DNA from: Fimbriimonadaceae bacterium
GTDB lineage: Bacteria > Armatimonadota > Fimbriimonadia > Fimbriimonadales > Fimbriimonadaceae
DNA: 64,000 bases
NCBI GenBank assembly: GCA_023957775.1
Contig: JAMLGR010000004.1
Coordinates: forward strand, 188,930 to 252,929
Direction: 5' to 3'
The translations under genes were made by a program, and so were the position numbers. This document shows, one piece after another, positions 37,127-47,365 of the stretch (position 1 is its first letter; each line of letters opens with the position of its first letter). The notes beneath the pieces were generated by a model. The model had not been told where the DNA came from, made no database searches, and saw only the letters and a program-made list of their open reading frames with translations.

Positions 37127-38007
37127 ATTGGCTCGGGGCTGCCCTGGCGGAGGGTCCGTTGCTCGGGGACGGGGCGATGGGCACGATGCTGTTTCGGGCA
37201 GGCTTGGCGCCGGGGGCGAGCGCCGAGTTATGGAACGTCGAGCAGCCCGATCTTGTGGCAGGGGTGCATCGCGGCTACGCGGAAGCGGGCTCGGCGTTTG
37301 TGACGGCCAACACGTTCGGCGCGACGCCGCTCGCGTTGGCCCGCCACGGGCTTGCCGATCGCACGGCGGAGTTGAATGCGGCCGCGGTGGCCCTCGCGCG
37401 CGAGGCAGTGGGCGACCGCGTTCGGGTGATGGGCGACATCGGCCCCTTCGGCGGTTTCCTCGAGCCTTACGGCGAGGCGTCGACCAAGGCGGTCGAGGAG
37501 ACGTATCGCGCGCAGGTCGCCGCGCTTCGGGTGGCGGGAGCGGATGGCGTTCTCGTCGAGACGATGGTGGACCCGAACGAACTGACGATCGCCGTTCGCG
37601 CCGCGCGCCAGGCCGGGGATTGGCCCGTGCTCGCGAGCTACGCCTTCCAGCGGATGGGCGCGGAGTTCCGGACGATCATGGGGACCGGCGTCGCCGAGGC
37701 CCTTGGGGCCGCCTTCGATGCCGGGGCCGACGCCGCGGGCGCCAACTGCGGCACCAACCTCTCTTTGGACGACTACTTGCAGCTCGCCGACGAGTTGGTG
37801 GCCGCGGCCAAGGGGCGGCCGGTGGTCTTGCAACCCAACGCCGGGCCTCCGCGCGCTTCGGGCACGGAGATCGAGTACTCCGCGACGCCCCAGGAGATGG
37901 GGAAGTGGGCGGCACGTGCGGCCGAGGTCGGCGTGCGCGTGTTGGGAGGGTGCTGCGGCACGACCCCCGCGCATGTGGCCGCCATGGCGCAGGTTTTGCG
38001 GCGCTAG
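37123..38007 (+). CDS. stand-alone homocysteine S-methyltransferase domain protein (MetH N-terminal/BHMT/MmuM-type, zinc)
   Basis: LLGDGAMGTML N-terminus and GGCCGTTPAHV zinc-ligand motif typical of Hcy-binding domains. Proposed TTG start at 37123, overlapping the upstream TGA, with GGAGAG 5 nt upstream. The alternative ATG at 37177 would truncate the conserved N-terminus. Confidence 0.7.
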   Translation: MNWLGAALAEGPLLGDGAMGTMLFRAGLAPGASAELWNVEQPDLVAGVHRGYAEAGSAFVTANTFGATPLALARHGLADRTAELNAAAVALAREAVGDRVRVMGDIGPFGGFLEPYGEASTKAVEETYRAQVAALRVAGADGVLVETMVDPNELTIAVRAARQAGDWPVLASYAFQRMGAEFRTIMGTGVAEALGAAFDAGADAAGANCGTNLSLDDYLQLADELVAAAKGRPVVLQPNAGPPRASGTEIEYSATPQEMGKWAARAAEVGVRVLGGCCGTTPAHVAAMAQVLRR

Positions 38008-39056
38008 CCGGACTCGGAGGGCAAGCCCTTCTGAAGCTTCGCGAGGGCAGAGGCGGCCTCCATGACTTCGACCGGCACGGCCAGCACCACGGTGTTCGAC
38101 GCCGTGGGTCCAAGGCCGTCGATCGTCTGTAGGGTGCGGAGCTGCATCGCACCGGGGCTCTCCATCATCGTGTGCGCCGCGGCCGCGAGGTTGTCCGCTG
38201 CCAGGCGGTCCCCTTCGGACTTCGTGATGTTCGCGCGCTTTTCGCGCTCGGCGCTCGCCTGCCGGCTCATCACCTTCTTCAGCTCCTCCGGCAGGATGAT
38301 GTCCTGGATCCGGATGCCGTCCACCTCGAGTCCCCAGTGCTCGGTCTCTTTGATCAGCATCTGCTCAATCTGGTGCCCCAAACCCTCGCGCTCGGTGAGA
38401 ACCTCGTCGAGGGTGCGCCCGCCGATCACATCGCGAAGCGCTGCGCGCGCGTACTGCACGATGGTCCACATGTAGTCCTGGACGTTGATCACCGCCTGAT
38501 CGGGACGCACGACGCGCAGGAAGACCACGCCGTCGATGGCGATCGGCACGTTGTCGCGGGTGATCGCCTCCTGTCGGGGAATGTCCACGGACAACACGCG
38601 GGTGTCCACGGATCGGATCTGTTCCAGCAGTGGAATGACTCCGTACACACCAGGCCCGGTGAGTCGGTGGAATTTCCCGAGCCGGAACACCAGGACCCGT
38701 TCCCACTGCGCCGCAAGTTTGATCGCGGAGGCGGCGAGCCAACTCGCCACGAACCAAGCGGTCGGCATCAGGAGCGCCCTTGGTTCTTCCGTGAGGTCTT
38801 TGCCAAAGAGCACCCAGCCGATGCCGCTGAGAATGAGAAAGACGATAAGCGAGAGGTAGTTGACGATCATGGTGGTCCCCGATGAGAGCCTGTGCTTTTG
38901 ACGCAGCGAGGTGAAGTTGGACGTGGAGAATGCAGAGGGTGACTCGCGGAAGGGGAACGCCTCGCCCCCGTCTCCGGTCTTGGAGGGTGCCTGGGCGTTC
39001 TGTTGCGCTTGCTCCGAGAGCGCCTGGAGAGTCTTCCGGAGCTGGTCGAAGTCCAT
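38004..39056 (-). CDS. SPFH/band-7 (stomatin/HflC-like) membrane protein with low-complexity N-terminal extension
   Basis: TM helix ([21 protein letters not shown]) followed by an SPFH domain. The 62 codons upstream ([22 protein letters not shown]..) keep high GC3 and so are probably translated. The alternative start is 38870. Shares a CTAG stop tetranucleotide with the convergent Hcy methyltransferase gene. Confidence 0.65.
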   Translation of the reverse strand: MDFDQLRKTLQALSEQAQQNAQAPSKTGDGGEAFPFRESPSAFSTSNFTSLRQKHRLSSGTTMIVNYLSLIVFLILSGIGWVLFGKDLTEEPRALLMPTAWFVASWLAASAIKLAAQWERVLVFRLGKFHRLTGPGVYGVIPLLEQIRSVDTRVLSVDIPRQEAITRDNVPIAIDGVVFLRVVRPDQAVINVQDYMWTIVQYARAALRDVIGGRTLDEVLTEREGLGHQIEQMLIKETEHWGLEVDGIRIQDIILPEELKKVMSRQASAEREKRANITKSEGDRLAADNLAAAAHTMMESPGAMQLRTLQTIDGLGPTASNTVVLAVPVEVMEAASALAKLQKGLPSESG

Positions 39057-39189
39057 CTGTGCTTCAGGATTCGACTGGCTCACGAGTGGTTCCTGCGTAG
39101 GTTGGCGATGCAATCGGGCCAGGGGGCCGTTCGCTTTGCGGATCACGGCGTCAAGAGGGTTGCGCGCAGGGTGCGCCGAACTCACCCTC

Positions 39190-41574
39190 ATGTCCCTCCT
39201 TGCCGCCACATTGCTCGTCTCAACTTTGATGGCCGCTCCTCACGAGGCGTTGACGCTTTGGTACAAGCAACCCGCGGCCAACTGGAACGAGGCGCTGCCG
39301 ATCGGCAACGGGCGCATCGGCGCGATGGTGTTTGGCGGGGCTGCGGAAGAGCGGCTGCAGCTCAACGACGACACGTTGTGGGAGGGCGCGCCGAAGGACC
39401 GGGTGAACCCGAAGGCCCTTGCGGCGCTGCCCGAGGTGCGGCGGCTGATCTTCGAGGGCAAGAACGAGGAGGCCCGCGCGCTCGCCGACCAAGCCATGAT
39501 GGGCGTGCCGCCAAGAATCGACTCGTACCAAACTCTGGGGGACCTGCACGTGCGCTTCGCCGACGGTGCGGTCTCGGGCTCTTACGAACGGACGCTCGAT
39601 CTCGACCGGGCGCTCGCCACCGTTCAAAGCGGTGGGTTGACGCGGACGGCGTTCGCCTCGGCCGCGGACGACGTGATCGTGCTGAACCTCCAGGCGACCC
39701 TCGGCGGTTCGTTCTCTGCCGAAGTGGAGATGGACCGGCCCGAGAACTTCAAGACAGAGCCCTTCGGCAACGACGGCCTGCGCATGGCCGGCCAGGCCGG
39801 CGACAAAGGGGCGAGATACGACGCCCTGCTGCGGGTGAAGATCGAGGGCGGCACGATCACGGGCGCCGCGAACAGCCTCCGCATCCAGGGCGCCAAGTCG
39901 GCCACGGTTTACCTGACCTCCAAGACGGACTACGATCGCCGGCATCCGGGCGTCCCCTTGAAACGAGACCGCATGAAGGCGTGCGAGGACACGCTGGCCA
40001 AGGCGATGGCGAAACCGTATGCGAAGCTCGTCTCCGACCACGTTCGGGAGCACCAACGTCTGTTTCGGCGCGTCTCGCTCGATCTGGGCTCGAACGAACT
40101 GGCCAATCTGCCGACCGACGAGCGGCTCAAAGCGGTGCAGGCCGGCAAATCCGACCCCGCGCTCGAGGCGCTGTACTTCCAGTACGGGCGGTATCTGCTC
40201 ATGAGCTCGTCGCGGCCCGGAGACATGCCTGCGAACCTCCAGGGGATCTGGTGCCAGGACCTCAAGGCGCCCTGGAACGCGGACTACCACACGAACATCA
40301 ACCTTCAGATGAACTACTGGCCAGCGGAGGTCGCCAACCTCGGCGAGTGCCATCTCCCTCTGTTCGACCTGATGGAGAGCCTTGTGGGGCCCGGCGAGGA
40401 CACCGCAAAACGCATGTACGGCGCGCGGGGCTGGGTGGTGCACCACCTCACCGACGTGTGGGGCTTCACCGTGCCGGCGGACGGCGTTTGGGGCGTGTGG
40501 CCGGTGGGAGCGGCGTGGCTGGCGCAGCACCCCTGGGAGCACTTCCTGTTCACGCAGGACCGAAAGTTCCTGAAGGAGCGCGGGTACCCGTTGATGAAGA
40601 GCGCCGCGCAGTTCCTGCTCGACACTCTGGTCAAGGCCCCGGCGGGCAGTCCCGTGGCGGGCAAGCTGGTCACCAACCCGTCGCACTCTCCCGAGAACTC
40701 GTTCCGCAAGCCCGACGGCACGACCTCGCAGTTCACCTACGCCGCGACCATGGATCTCGAGATCGCGCACGACCTGTTCGCCAACTGCGTGTCGGCCATC
40801 GACGAACTGGGCAAGGGGGACAAGGGGTTCGACGCCGCCTTTCGTGCGGAGCTCATGTCGGCGCTCGATCGGTTGGCGCCGCTTCAGATCAGCAAGAAGA
40901 GCGGCCGGCTGCAGGAGTGGGTCGAGGATTACGACGAGCCCGAGCCCGGGCACCGGCACATGTCGCACCTGTACGGTCTCCATCCCGGCCACGAGATCAC
41001 GCTCGAGGGCACTCCGGAGTTGGCCGCCGCGGCGCGCAAGTCGCTGGAGTTTCGCTTGAGCCACGGGGGCGGGCACACGGGTTGGAGCCGCGCGTGGATC
41101 GTGAACTTCTGGGCGCGGTTCCGCGAGCCCCAGTTGGCTCACGAGAACCTTGTGGCCCTGCTCTCGCACTCGACGTTGCCGAACCTGTTCGACAACCATC
41201 CGCCCTTCCAGATCGACGGCAACTTCGGCGGTTGCGCGGGGATCGCGGAGATGCTGCTCCAGAGCCAGAGCGGGGAGATCCGTCTGCTTCCCGCGCTGCC
41301 CAAGGCGTGGAGCGACGGGTCTGTGACGGGCCTTCGGGCGCGCGGCGGATTCGAGGTGTCGATGGCCTGGAGCTCCGGACGGTTGCAGTCGGCGGTGGTG
41401 AAGGCTGTTTCGGCCGGCAGCTGCACGGTGCGCCTCCCCGGGGGCGCGAAGGTGGCCTCCGTGTCGGTCGACGGTAGGCCCGCAATGGCAAATCAGGAGG
41501 GAGACGGGTTGGAGCTCTCGCTGAGGAAGGGCCAGACGGCGACGGTGCGCTTCGGGCTCGGATCCAATGGGTGA
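39190..41574 (+). CDS. alpha-L-fucosidase, glycoside hydrolase family 95
   Basis: [28 protein letters not shown]...LQLNDDTLW is a classic GH95 N-terminus. ~795 aa. Signal peptide [16 protein letters not shown]. The ORF track's upstream extension was discarded. Confidence 0.9.
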   Translation: MSLLAATLLVSTLMAAPHEALTLWYKQPAANWNEALPIGNGRIGAMVFGGAAEERLQLNDDTLWEGAPKDRVNPKALAALPEVRRLIFEGKNEEARALADQAMMGVPPRIDSYQTLGDLHVRFADGAVSGSYERTLDLDRALATVQSGGLTRTAFASAADDVIVLNLQATLGGSFSAEVEMDRPENFKTEPFGNDGLRMAGQAGDKGARYDALLRVKIEGGTITGAANSLRIQGAKSATVYLTSKTDYDRRHPGVPLKRDRMKACEDTLAKAMAKPYAKLVSDHVREHQRLFRRVSLDLGSNELANLPTDERLKAVQAGKSDPALEALYFQYGRYLLMSSSRPGDMPANLQGIWCQDLKAPWNADYHTNINLQMNYWPAEVANLGECHLPLFDLMESLVGPGEDTAKRMYGARGWVVHHLTDVWGFTVPADGVWGVWPVGAAWLAQHPWEHFLFTQDRKFLKERGYPLMKSAAQFLLDTLVKAPAGSPVAGKLVTNPSHSPENSFRKPDGTTSQFTYAATMDLEIAHDLFANCVSAIDELGKGDKGFDAAFRAELMSALDRLAPLQISKKSGRLQEWVEDYDEPEPGHRHMSHLYGLHPGHEITLEGTPELAAAARKSLEFRLSHGGGHTGWSRAWIVNFWARFREPQLAHENLVALLSHSTLPNLFDNHPPFQIDGNFGGCAGIAEMLLQSQSGEIRLLPALPKAWSDGSVTGLRARGGFEVSMAWSSGRLQSAVVKAVSAGSCTVRLPGGAKVASVSVDGRPAMANQEGDGLELSLRKGQTATVRFGLGSNG

Positions 41575-41598
41575 GAGACGATACTGAGGACGTGTTGA

Positions 41599-42228
41599 AT
41601 GACGAGAGATCCATCTTCTTCTGAGATTCCGGGCGGCTATCACGACGGCTCCCGCCAGCTCCAAGATCGCTTCGACAGCCGCCGAATCGCGGATCGGCTG
41701 GAGCAGGTGACCGCCCATACGGTGTTCACCGATGGCGACCGTGAGTTCATCGCCCGCTCCTCGATGTTCTTTTTCGCCACTGCGAACCAAGAGGGGTGGC
41801 CGGAGTGCTCCTACAAGGGCGGGATGCCCGGCTTCGTGAGGGTGCTCGATACCCGCACGCTGGCCTTTCCCGACTACGATGGGAATGGAATGTTCCGGAG
41901 TCTGGGCAACGTGGCGGTGAACCCCCGCGTCGGGCTGCTCTTCCTCGACTTCGAGAGACCGGCCCGCCTGCGGATCAATGGCCTTGCCACTTTGCACGAG
42001 GAGGACCCGTTGCTGTCTGAGTTTCCAGGCGCGCAATTGATCGTCCGGGTGCGCGCCGAGCGCATCTTCCCGAACTGTCCGCGCTACATCCATCGGCTGC
42101 GGTTGGTCGAGCACTCCGTATACGCGCCCACCCACGATCGAACACCACCTGAGCCCGAGTGGAAGGAGATGGAGGAGTTCCGGGACGCACTGCCCGGAAC
42201 GTCGGATCGACGCGCTGAGACAACTTAG
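41599..42228 (+). CDS. pyridoxamine 5'-phosphate oxidase-like FMN-binding split-barrel protein
   Basis: Composition and length resemble the PNPOx-like family (FFFATANQEGWPECSYKGG...VRVRAERIFPNCPRY). Confidence 0.5.
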   Translation: MTRDPSSSEIPGGYHDGSRQLQDRFDSRRIADRLEQVTAHTVFTDGDREFIARSSMFFFATANQEGWPECSYKGGMPGFVRVLDTRTLAFPDYDGNGMFRSLGNVAVNPRVGLLFLDFERPARLRINGLATLHEEDPLLSEFPGAQLIVRVRAERIFPNCPRYIHRLRLVEHSVYAPTHDRTPPEPEWKEMEEFRDALPGTSDRRAETT

Positions 42229-42331
42229 AGCGACAATGGGTCGTACGAGTCCGGTGTTTCGATTCGTGCCACCCAAGGGCTGGAAACTTGTGAAGGTGGA
42301 GGGGCTCCCCATCTGCCGTAAACTCGTGTCC

Positions 42332-43687
42332 ATGAGACGCTTGGCTCTGTCGACCCTCTTGCTCTCCATTTGTCTCAGCGGCACGGCATGGCCCGCCCAG
42401 GTCCAGCGCGGCAAGTCGCTCCCCCGCGCGGGATTCCTCGGGGTGCAGACCGCGGCGGTGGAGGGCGGCAAGGGCGTCCGAGTCGTGCGCATCGTGCCCG
42501 GTGGATCGGGCGAAGCGCTCGGCCTCAAGGCCGACGACGTGCTGCTGTCGCTCAATGGGACAGTCCTGGCGACCCAGCAGCAACTCAACATCGCCATTCG
42601 CGCGGTGAGGGGAGGCGATGCGCTCAAGATCGCCTACGTCCGAGCGGGCAAGGAGGCGGCGGCCGGAGGCAAGATGATCGCACGCCCGATCCCCTCCGAG
42701 CCAGGCCTCGACGTGATCTTCGACCAAGTGCTCAGCCGGGGCAATCGCGTCCGTGTGATGATCACCAAGCCCAAGGGGCCGGGGAGGTTCCCGACCCTGT
42801 TCTTTATCGGCGGGATCGGCGCGTACAGCATGGACGGCGCGCTCTCGAGCAGCTTCTACGGCAAGGTTCTGGGCCCTGTCTCGCAAGCGGGCTACGTGAC
42901 CGTGCGTATCGACAAGCCTGGCATCGGCGACAGCGAGGGGCCAGAATACAAGAACCTCGGCTTCGGCGAGGAGAAGGACGCCTACCTTCAGGCCTTGCGG
43001 CTCACGAAGACGCTGGAATACGTGGACCCCGACCGCATCGCGATCTTCGGCCACAGCATGGGCGGATGCTTCGGGCCGCTGGTCGCTGCCGAGGAGCCGG
43101 TCAAGGCGCTCCTCGTCACCGGCACGTTGTACAAGACGTTCGGCGAGTACATGTTGGAGAACACGCGCCGCCAGGCCGAACTCGGCGGCGCGGCGCCCGA
43201 CGGCCTCGATCAGACCCTGCGGCAATGCCTGACGGCCATGCACTACCTGTTCGACGAGGGCCTGACTCCCAAGCAAGCCTCCGAGGAGCACCCGGAGACC
43301 GCGAGTTGGATCAAGGGCAACTTCCCCGATGGCGAGACCTACTCGGGGGTCGGTTTCGGCTTTTGGCGGGAACTCGCGAACACGAACCTCGCCAAAGCGT
43401 GGTCGGGCACGAACGCCGATGTGCTGGCGATCTACAGCGAGAACGACTTCCTTTCGGGCCGCGACGACCACGAGCGTATCGCGGCTGCAATGAACAGGAA
43501 GCGCGCGGGCTCCGGGGAGTTCAGGCTGCTGGAGGGCACAGACCACATCTGGTCGAAGACGACTTCGATGCGCGACAGCCAGGAGAAGTGGGGCAAGGCG
43601 TCGGAGTTCAACCCCTCGATCGTGGAGACGGTGCTGGATTATCTTAAGCGAAAGCTTCGAGGCGAGGGTCGGGAGGATCCAGAATGA
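42332..43687 (+). CDS. secreted PDZ-domain alpha/beta-hydrolase
   Basis: Signal peptide MRRLALSTLLLSICLSG. PDZ-like segment (GVRVVRIVPGGSGEALGLKADDVLLSLNG). GHSMGG nucleophile elbow. Confidence 0.7.
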   Translation: MRRLALSTLLLSICLSGTAWPAQVQRGKSLPRAGFLGVQTAAVEGGKGVRVVRIVPGGSGEALGLKADDVLLSLNGTVLATQQQLNIAIRAVRGGDALKIAYVRAGKEAAAGGKMIARPIPSEPGLDVIFDQVLSRGNRVRVMITKPKGPGRFPTLFFIGGIGAYSMDGALSSSFYGKVLGPVSQAGYVTVRIDKPGIGDSEGPEYKNLGFGEEKDAYLQALRLTKTLEYVDPDRIAIFGHSMGGCFGPLVAAEEPVKALLVTGTLYKTFGEYMLENTRRQAELGGAAPDGLDQTLRQCLTAMHYLFDEGLTPKQASEEHPETASWIKGNFPDGETYSGVGFGFWRELANTNLAKAWSGTNADVLAIYSENDFLSGRDDHERIAAAMNRKRAGSGEFRLLEGTDHIWSKTTSMRDSQEKWGKASEFNPSIVETVLDYLKRKLRGEGREDPE

Positions 43688-43720
43688 GGCGCCCATCAAT
43701 ACCAGGGGGCGATGGGCCGC
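43688..43720. terminator. hairpin immediately after PDZ-hydrolase stop (putative terminator)
   Basis: GGCGCCCATC(aataccagggggc)GATGGGCCGC inverted repeat, beginning 1 nt after the stop codon. Confidence 0.35.
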
Positions 43721-43869
43721 GGAGAGCGGTCAGGCTGGTCTGAAACTCGCCAAAGTGGCGGGCCTCGCCGGCCCGCGAATCTCGGCCCGCGAAGTGCGGC
43801 TGAGGCCAGCGAAAATCCCGTTGGGTGCCGTAAACTCGCGATCGGGAATGCGCGCGAAGCGTTCCCCAA

Positions 43870-44910
43870 GTGAGGCTTTCAATGCGAATCACTCCACTGA
43901 ACCTTCGGCACCTCGTCTGGAGTCTTGCCGTGATCGTTGTTGCCGCGGGCTGCGGCGGCGGGGAAAAGAACGCCCAAGGAGTCGCCGAAGCGCCGAAGGA
44001 CAAGGTCAAGATCGGATTCATCGTCAAGAAGCCCGACGAGCCGTGGTTCCAGCTCGAGTGGAAGTTCGCGGGCGAGGCGGCCCAGGCCGACGGGTTCGAA
44101 CTGATCACCATCGGCGCGACCGACGGCGACAAGGTCCTCCCCGCGATCGAGAACGTTGCCGCTCAAGGGGCGCAGGGTCTGGTGATCTGCACGCCGGACG
44201 TCAAGCTCGGCCCCGCGATCGTCGCGCGGTGCGCGCAGCGAAACCTCAAGCTGCTGACGGTGGACGACCAACTGGTCGGGCCTGACGGCAAGTTTCTCGA
44301 CGTCCCCCACGTGGGCATCAGTGCGCACAAGATCGGCAACAACCTGGGTCAAGCGCTGCTGGACGAGATGAAGAAGCGGGGTTGGAAGCCCGAAGAGACC
44401 GGGATGATCGCCGTGACCTTCGAAGAGCTGGACACCGCGCGCGAACGCACCGATGGCGCCATCGAGACGGTGGTCGCCGGTGGTTTCCCGGAAAGCCACG
44501 TCTTCAAGGCGCCCGAGCGCGGACAGGACATCGCCGACAGCCGCACCGCCGCCACGCCCGTCCTCACCCAACACCCCGAGTTCAAGAACTGGCTGATCGC
44601 CTCGATGAACGACGCCGGAGCGATGGGCGCCGTACGCGCCACGGAGTCGTTCAACATCCCCGCGGAGCGCGTCATCGGCATCGGGATCAACGGGGACTTG
44701 GCGCTTGCCGACCTGAAGAAGCCCACCCCGAACGGCCTGTACGGCTCGATCCTCCTGCAGGCCAAGCGCCACGGGTATGACACGAGCCACATGATGTTCA
44801 AGTGGATCACGGAGGGTACGGCGCCTCCGAAGATCACCTACACCGACGGCATTCTCATCACCCGCGAGAACTTCAAGCAAGTGCTCGCCGACCAAGGGCT
44901 TCCCGAGTGA
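43870..44910 (+). CDS. ABC monosaccharide transporter periplasmic binding lipoprotein (AraF/RbsB-type, PBP type I)
   Basis: Lipobox VVAAGCGGG. Periplasmic-binding-protein type I pattern. Followed by a two-NBD ATPase and an AraH/RbsC-type permease. Confidence 0.75.
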   Translation: MRLSMRITPLNLRHLVWSLAVIVVAAGCGGGEKNAQGVAEAPKDKVKIGFIVKKPDEPWFQLEWKFAGEAAQADGFELITIGATDGDKVLPAIENVAAQGAQGLVICTPDVKLGPAIVARCAQRNLKLLTVDDQLVGPDGKFLDVPHVGISAHKIGNNLGQALLDEMKKRGWKPEETGMIAVTFEELDTARERTDGAIETVVAGGFPESHVFKAPERGQDIADSRTAATPVLTQHPEFKNWLIASMNDAGAMGAVRATESFNIPAERVIGIGINGDLALADLKKPTPNGLYGSILLQAKRHGYDTSHMMFKWITEGTAPPKITYTDGILITRENFKQVLADQGLPE

Positions 44911-46415
44911 ATCGCGCGCTCGAGTTCGAGGGCATCCGGAAGACCTTCCCAGGTGTGGTTGCGCTCGACGACGTGAGCTTTGGCGTCGGAGCGGGGTCGG
45001 TCCACGCGCTGCTCGGAGAAAACGGGGCCGGTAAGAGCACGCTGCTGAAGATCCTCAGCGGCGCGCATCGGGCGGACGAGGGCCGGGTGCTCCTCGACGG
45101 CAAGGAGAAGCGATTCCGCAACACGCAGGACGCCATCGCCGAGGGCATCGCGGTGATCTATCAGGAGCTCCAACTCGTAGACGATCTTTCCGTCGCAGAG
45201 AACCTGTTTCTGGGCCACCTTCCCCAACGGTTCGGCAAAGTGGATCGCCACCGGCTGTTCGCCGAATCGGGGCGGCTTCTCGAGTGGGTCGGCGAGGCGT
45301 TGAACCCCCGCACGCGCCTCGGCGCACTGCCCATCGCGCAGCGGCAGATGGTGGAGATCGCGAAGGCCCTCTCGCTCGACGCGCGTGTTCTAGCCTTCGA
45401 CGAACCCACGAGCTCCCTGACCAGCCGCGAGGTGGACCGCCTGTTCGAGGTGATCCGGCAGTTGCGCGACGAGGGCCGCGTGATCCTCTACGTGTCGCAC
45501 CGGATGGAGGAGATCTTTAAGCTCTGCGACGCGGCGACCGTGTTTCGGGACGGCAAGCACGTCCAGACGTGGGACTCGCTCCAGGAGGTGACCCGCGACG
45601 AACTGGTGCGGAGCATGGTCGGGCGGGACGTGGCCGCCTTTGCTGAAGAGGGCGAGGCGCGTGCTCTTGGCGACGTGGCGCTGCGGGTTGCCGATGTGAC
45701 AGGACCGGGGGTGGTGGCGCCCGCGGATCTCGCCATCCGCAAGGGCGAGATCGTCGGGCTCTTCGGGCTGGTCGGCGCGGGGAGAACCGAGCTGCTGAAG
45801 CTCATCTACGGCGCGGCGAAGGCGCGTTCTGGCCGCGTGTCGCTGCACGGTGTCGAACTGGGGCCGCACGGCCCGGGCAAGGCGCTCGCCACGGGTCTTG
45901 CGTGGTGCCCCGAGGATCGCAAGGCCGAAGGCATCGTGCCCCTCGCGAGCGTGCAAGACAACCTGAACCTCGGGGTGCGCCGACGCTTCTCGCCCCTCGG
46001 ATTTGTGATCCACCCCGGGCGGGAGCATCGCAACGCGCTTAAGGGAGTGGAGCGTCTGGGCATTCGGGCTTCGGGCTTGCGGCAAGCGGTCGGCAATCTA
46101 TCGGGAGGGAACCAGCAGAAGACGATTCTCGGGCGTGTGCTCGGGCACGACGTGGAGGTTCTGCTCCTCGACGAGCCCACGCGGGGCATCGACATTGGGG
46201 CGAAGCAGGAGATCTATGCGATCATTCGCGACCTGGCGCGCAACGGGGCCGCGGTGCTGTTCGTGTCCAGCGACTTGCCCGAGGTGATCAACTTGAGCGA
46301 CCGCGTGCTGGTGATGCGCGAAGGCGCCTTGGTGGGCGAGTTGCCGCGCGGCGACGCGACTCCCGAGCGCGTGCTTGAACTGGCGCTGCCGGCGGGCGGA
46401 CGCGCCGCGTCATGA
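44907..46415 (+). CDS. sugar ABC transporter ATP-binding protein with duplicated NBD (AraG/RbsA-type)
   Basis: GTG start overlapping the upstream stop. Two Walker A motifs (GENGAGKST; GLVGAGRTE) and two LSGG signatures. Confidence 0.85.
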   Translation: MNRALEFEGIRKTFPGVVALDDVSFGVGAGSVHALLGENGAGKSTLLKILSGAHRADEGRVLLDGKEKRFRNTQDAIAEGIAVIYQELQLVDDLSVAENLFLGHLPQRFGKVDRHRLFAESGRLLEWVGEALNPRTRLGALPIAQRQMVEIAKALSLDARVLAFDEPTSSLTSREVDRLFEVIRQLRDEGRVILYVSHRMEEIFKLCDAATVFRDGKHVQTWDSLQEVTRDELVRSMVGRDVAAFAEEGEARALGDVALRVADVTGPGVVAPADLAIRKGEIVGLFGLVGAGRTELLKLIYGAAKARSGRVSLHGVELGPHGPGKALATGLAWCPEDRKAEGIVPLASVQDNLNLGVRRRFSPLGFVIHPGREHRNALKGVERLGIRASGLRQAVGNLSGGNQQKTILGRVLGHDVEVLLLDEPTRGIDIGAKQEIYAIIRDLARNGAAVLFVSSDLPEVINLSDRVLVMREGALVGELPRGDATPERVLELALPAGGRAAS

Positions 46416-47365
46416 AGAGAGCGAACTGGCTGGCGACGGCTTGGGACAGCGGTGGGATGGTGCTCCTCTTCCTGGCGTTGTTCGCCTACGCGAGCTTCGG
46501 GGTGGGCAACTTCTTCACGCCGACCAACCTCGTGTACGCCCTTGGTCTCTCGGTGACCACCACGGGCATCGTCGCGTGCGGGATGCTGTTCTGCTTGGCC
46601 GCCGGGGATTTCGACCTGTCCGTGGGGTCCGTGGCGGCGTTTGCGGGGATGCTGGTCGCGGTGCTGCTCGACGCCATGGGAGGCAGTCTGTGGGCGGTTC
46701 CGCTGTGCTTGGCAGCCTGTGCGTGCGTCGGGCTGTTCAACGGGCTGATCATCGCTGTGTTCGGGATCAACGCGCTGATCACGACGCTGGCGACGATGCA
46801 GATCGTGCGCGGACTGGCCTATCTGTTGAAGGACGGCAACTCGCTCGGCATTTCGAGCGAGGCCTTCGCGGGGCTCGGTACGGGGGATTTTCTGGGATTG
46901 CCCATTCCGCTGTGGGTCCTCCTCGGCTGTCTGGCGGTGTTCGGATTCACGCTCCACATGACGGTCTTCGGTCGCAACGCGCTGGCGATCGGCGGCAACC
47001 GCGAGGCGGCGCGCCTCGCCGGGGTGCCCACGGCGCGCACGCAGATGCTGATCTTCACCTTGCAGGCGACCCTCGCGGGTTTGGCCGGTGTGGTGAGCGC
47101 CGCGCAGCAGCAGTTGGGCGATCCCAAGGGGATGGTGGGGCTCGAACTGCGGGTCATCAGCGCATGTGTTTTGGGCGGAGTTTCGCTCACCGGTGGCATC
47201 GGCTCGATCCACCACGTGATCGTGGGCGTGCTGATCATGGGCACGGTCCAGAACATCATGGATTTGAAGAGCGTGCCGACGTTCTACCAGTACCTGGTCA
47301 GCGGCGCCATCCTCCTGGCGGCGGTGCTGCTCGATCGATTGAAGAGGCGGGGCGTGAGGGCGTGA
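46412..47365 (+). CDS. sugar ABC transporter permease (AraH/RbsC-type)
   Basis: Polytopic hydrophobic protein. ATGA overlap with the ATPase gene. Stop codon lies inside the first unit of a 7-mer tandem repeat. Confidence 0.8.
   Translation: MKRANWLATAWDSGGMVLLFLALFAYASFGVGNFFTPTNLVYALGLSVTTTGIVACGMLFCLAAGDFDLSVGSVAAFAGMLVAVLLDAMGGSLWAVPLCLAACACVGLFNGLIIAVFGINALITTLATMQIVRGLAYLLKDGNSLGISSEAFAGLGTGDFLGLPIPLWVLLGCLAVFGFTLHMTVFGRNALAIGGNREAARLAGVPTARTQMLIFTLQATLAGLAGVVSAAQQQLGDPKGMVGLELRVISACVLGGVSLTGGIGSIHHVIVGVLIMGTVQNIMDLKSVPTFYQYLVSGAILLAAVLLDRLKRRGVRA

Noticed and set aside
39220-42627. 1135-aa ORF on the minus strand (also 18255..20189, 10618..12165, 6966..8576, 22845..24701, 28579..30276, 47949..49964, 55118..57217, 60188..63232 and similar)
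   Set aside because: These are Arg/Pro/Gly/His-rich translations lying antisense or out-of-frame to genes with clear family signatures. Such shadow ORFs are expected in a ~67% GC genome. None has a recognisable motif.
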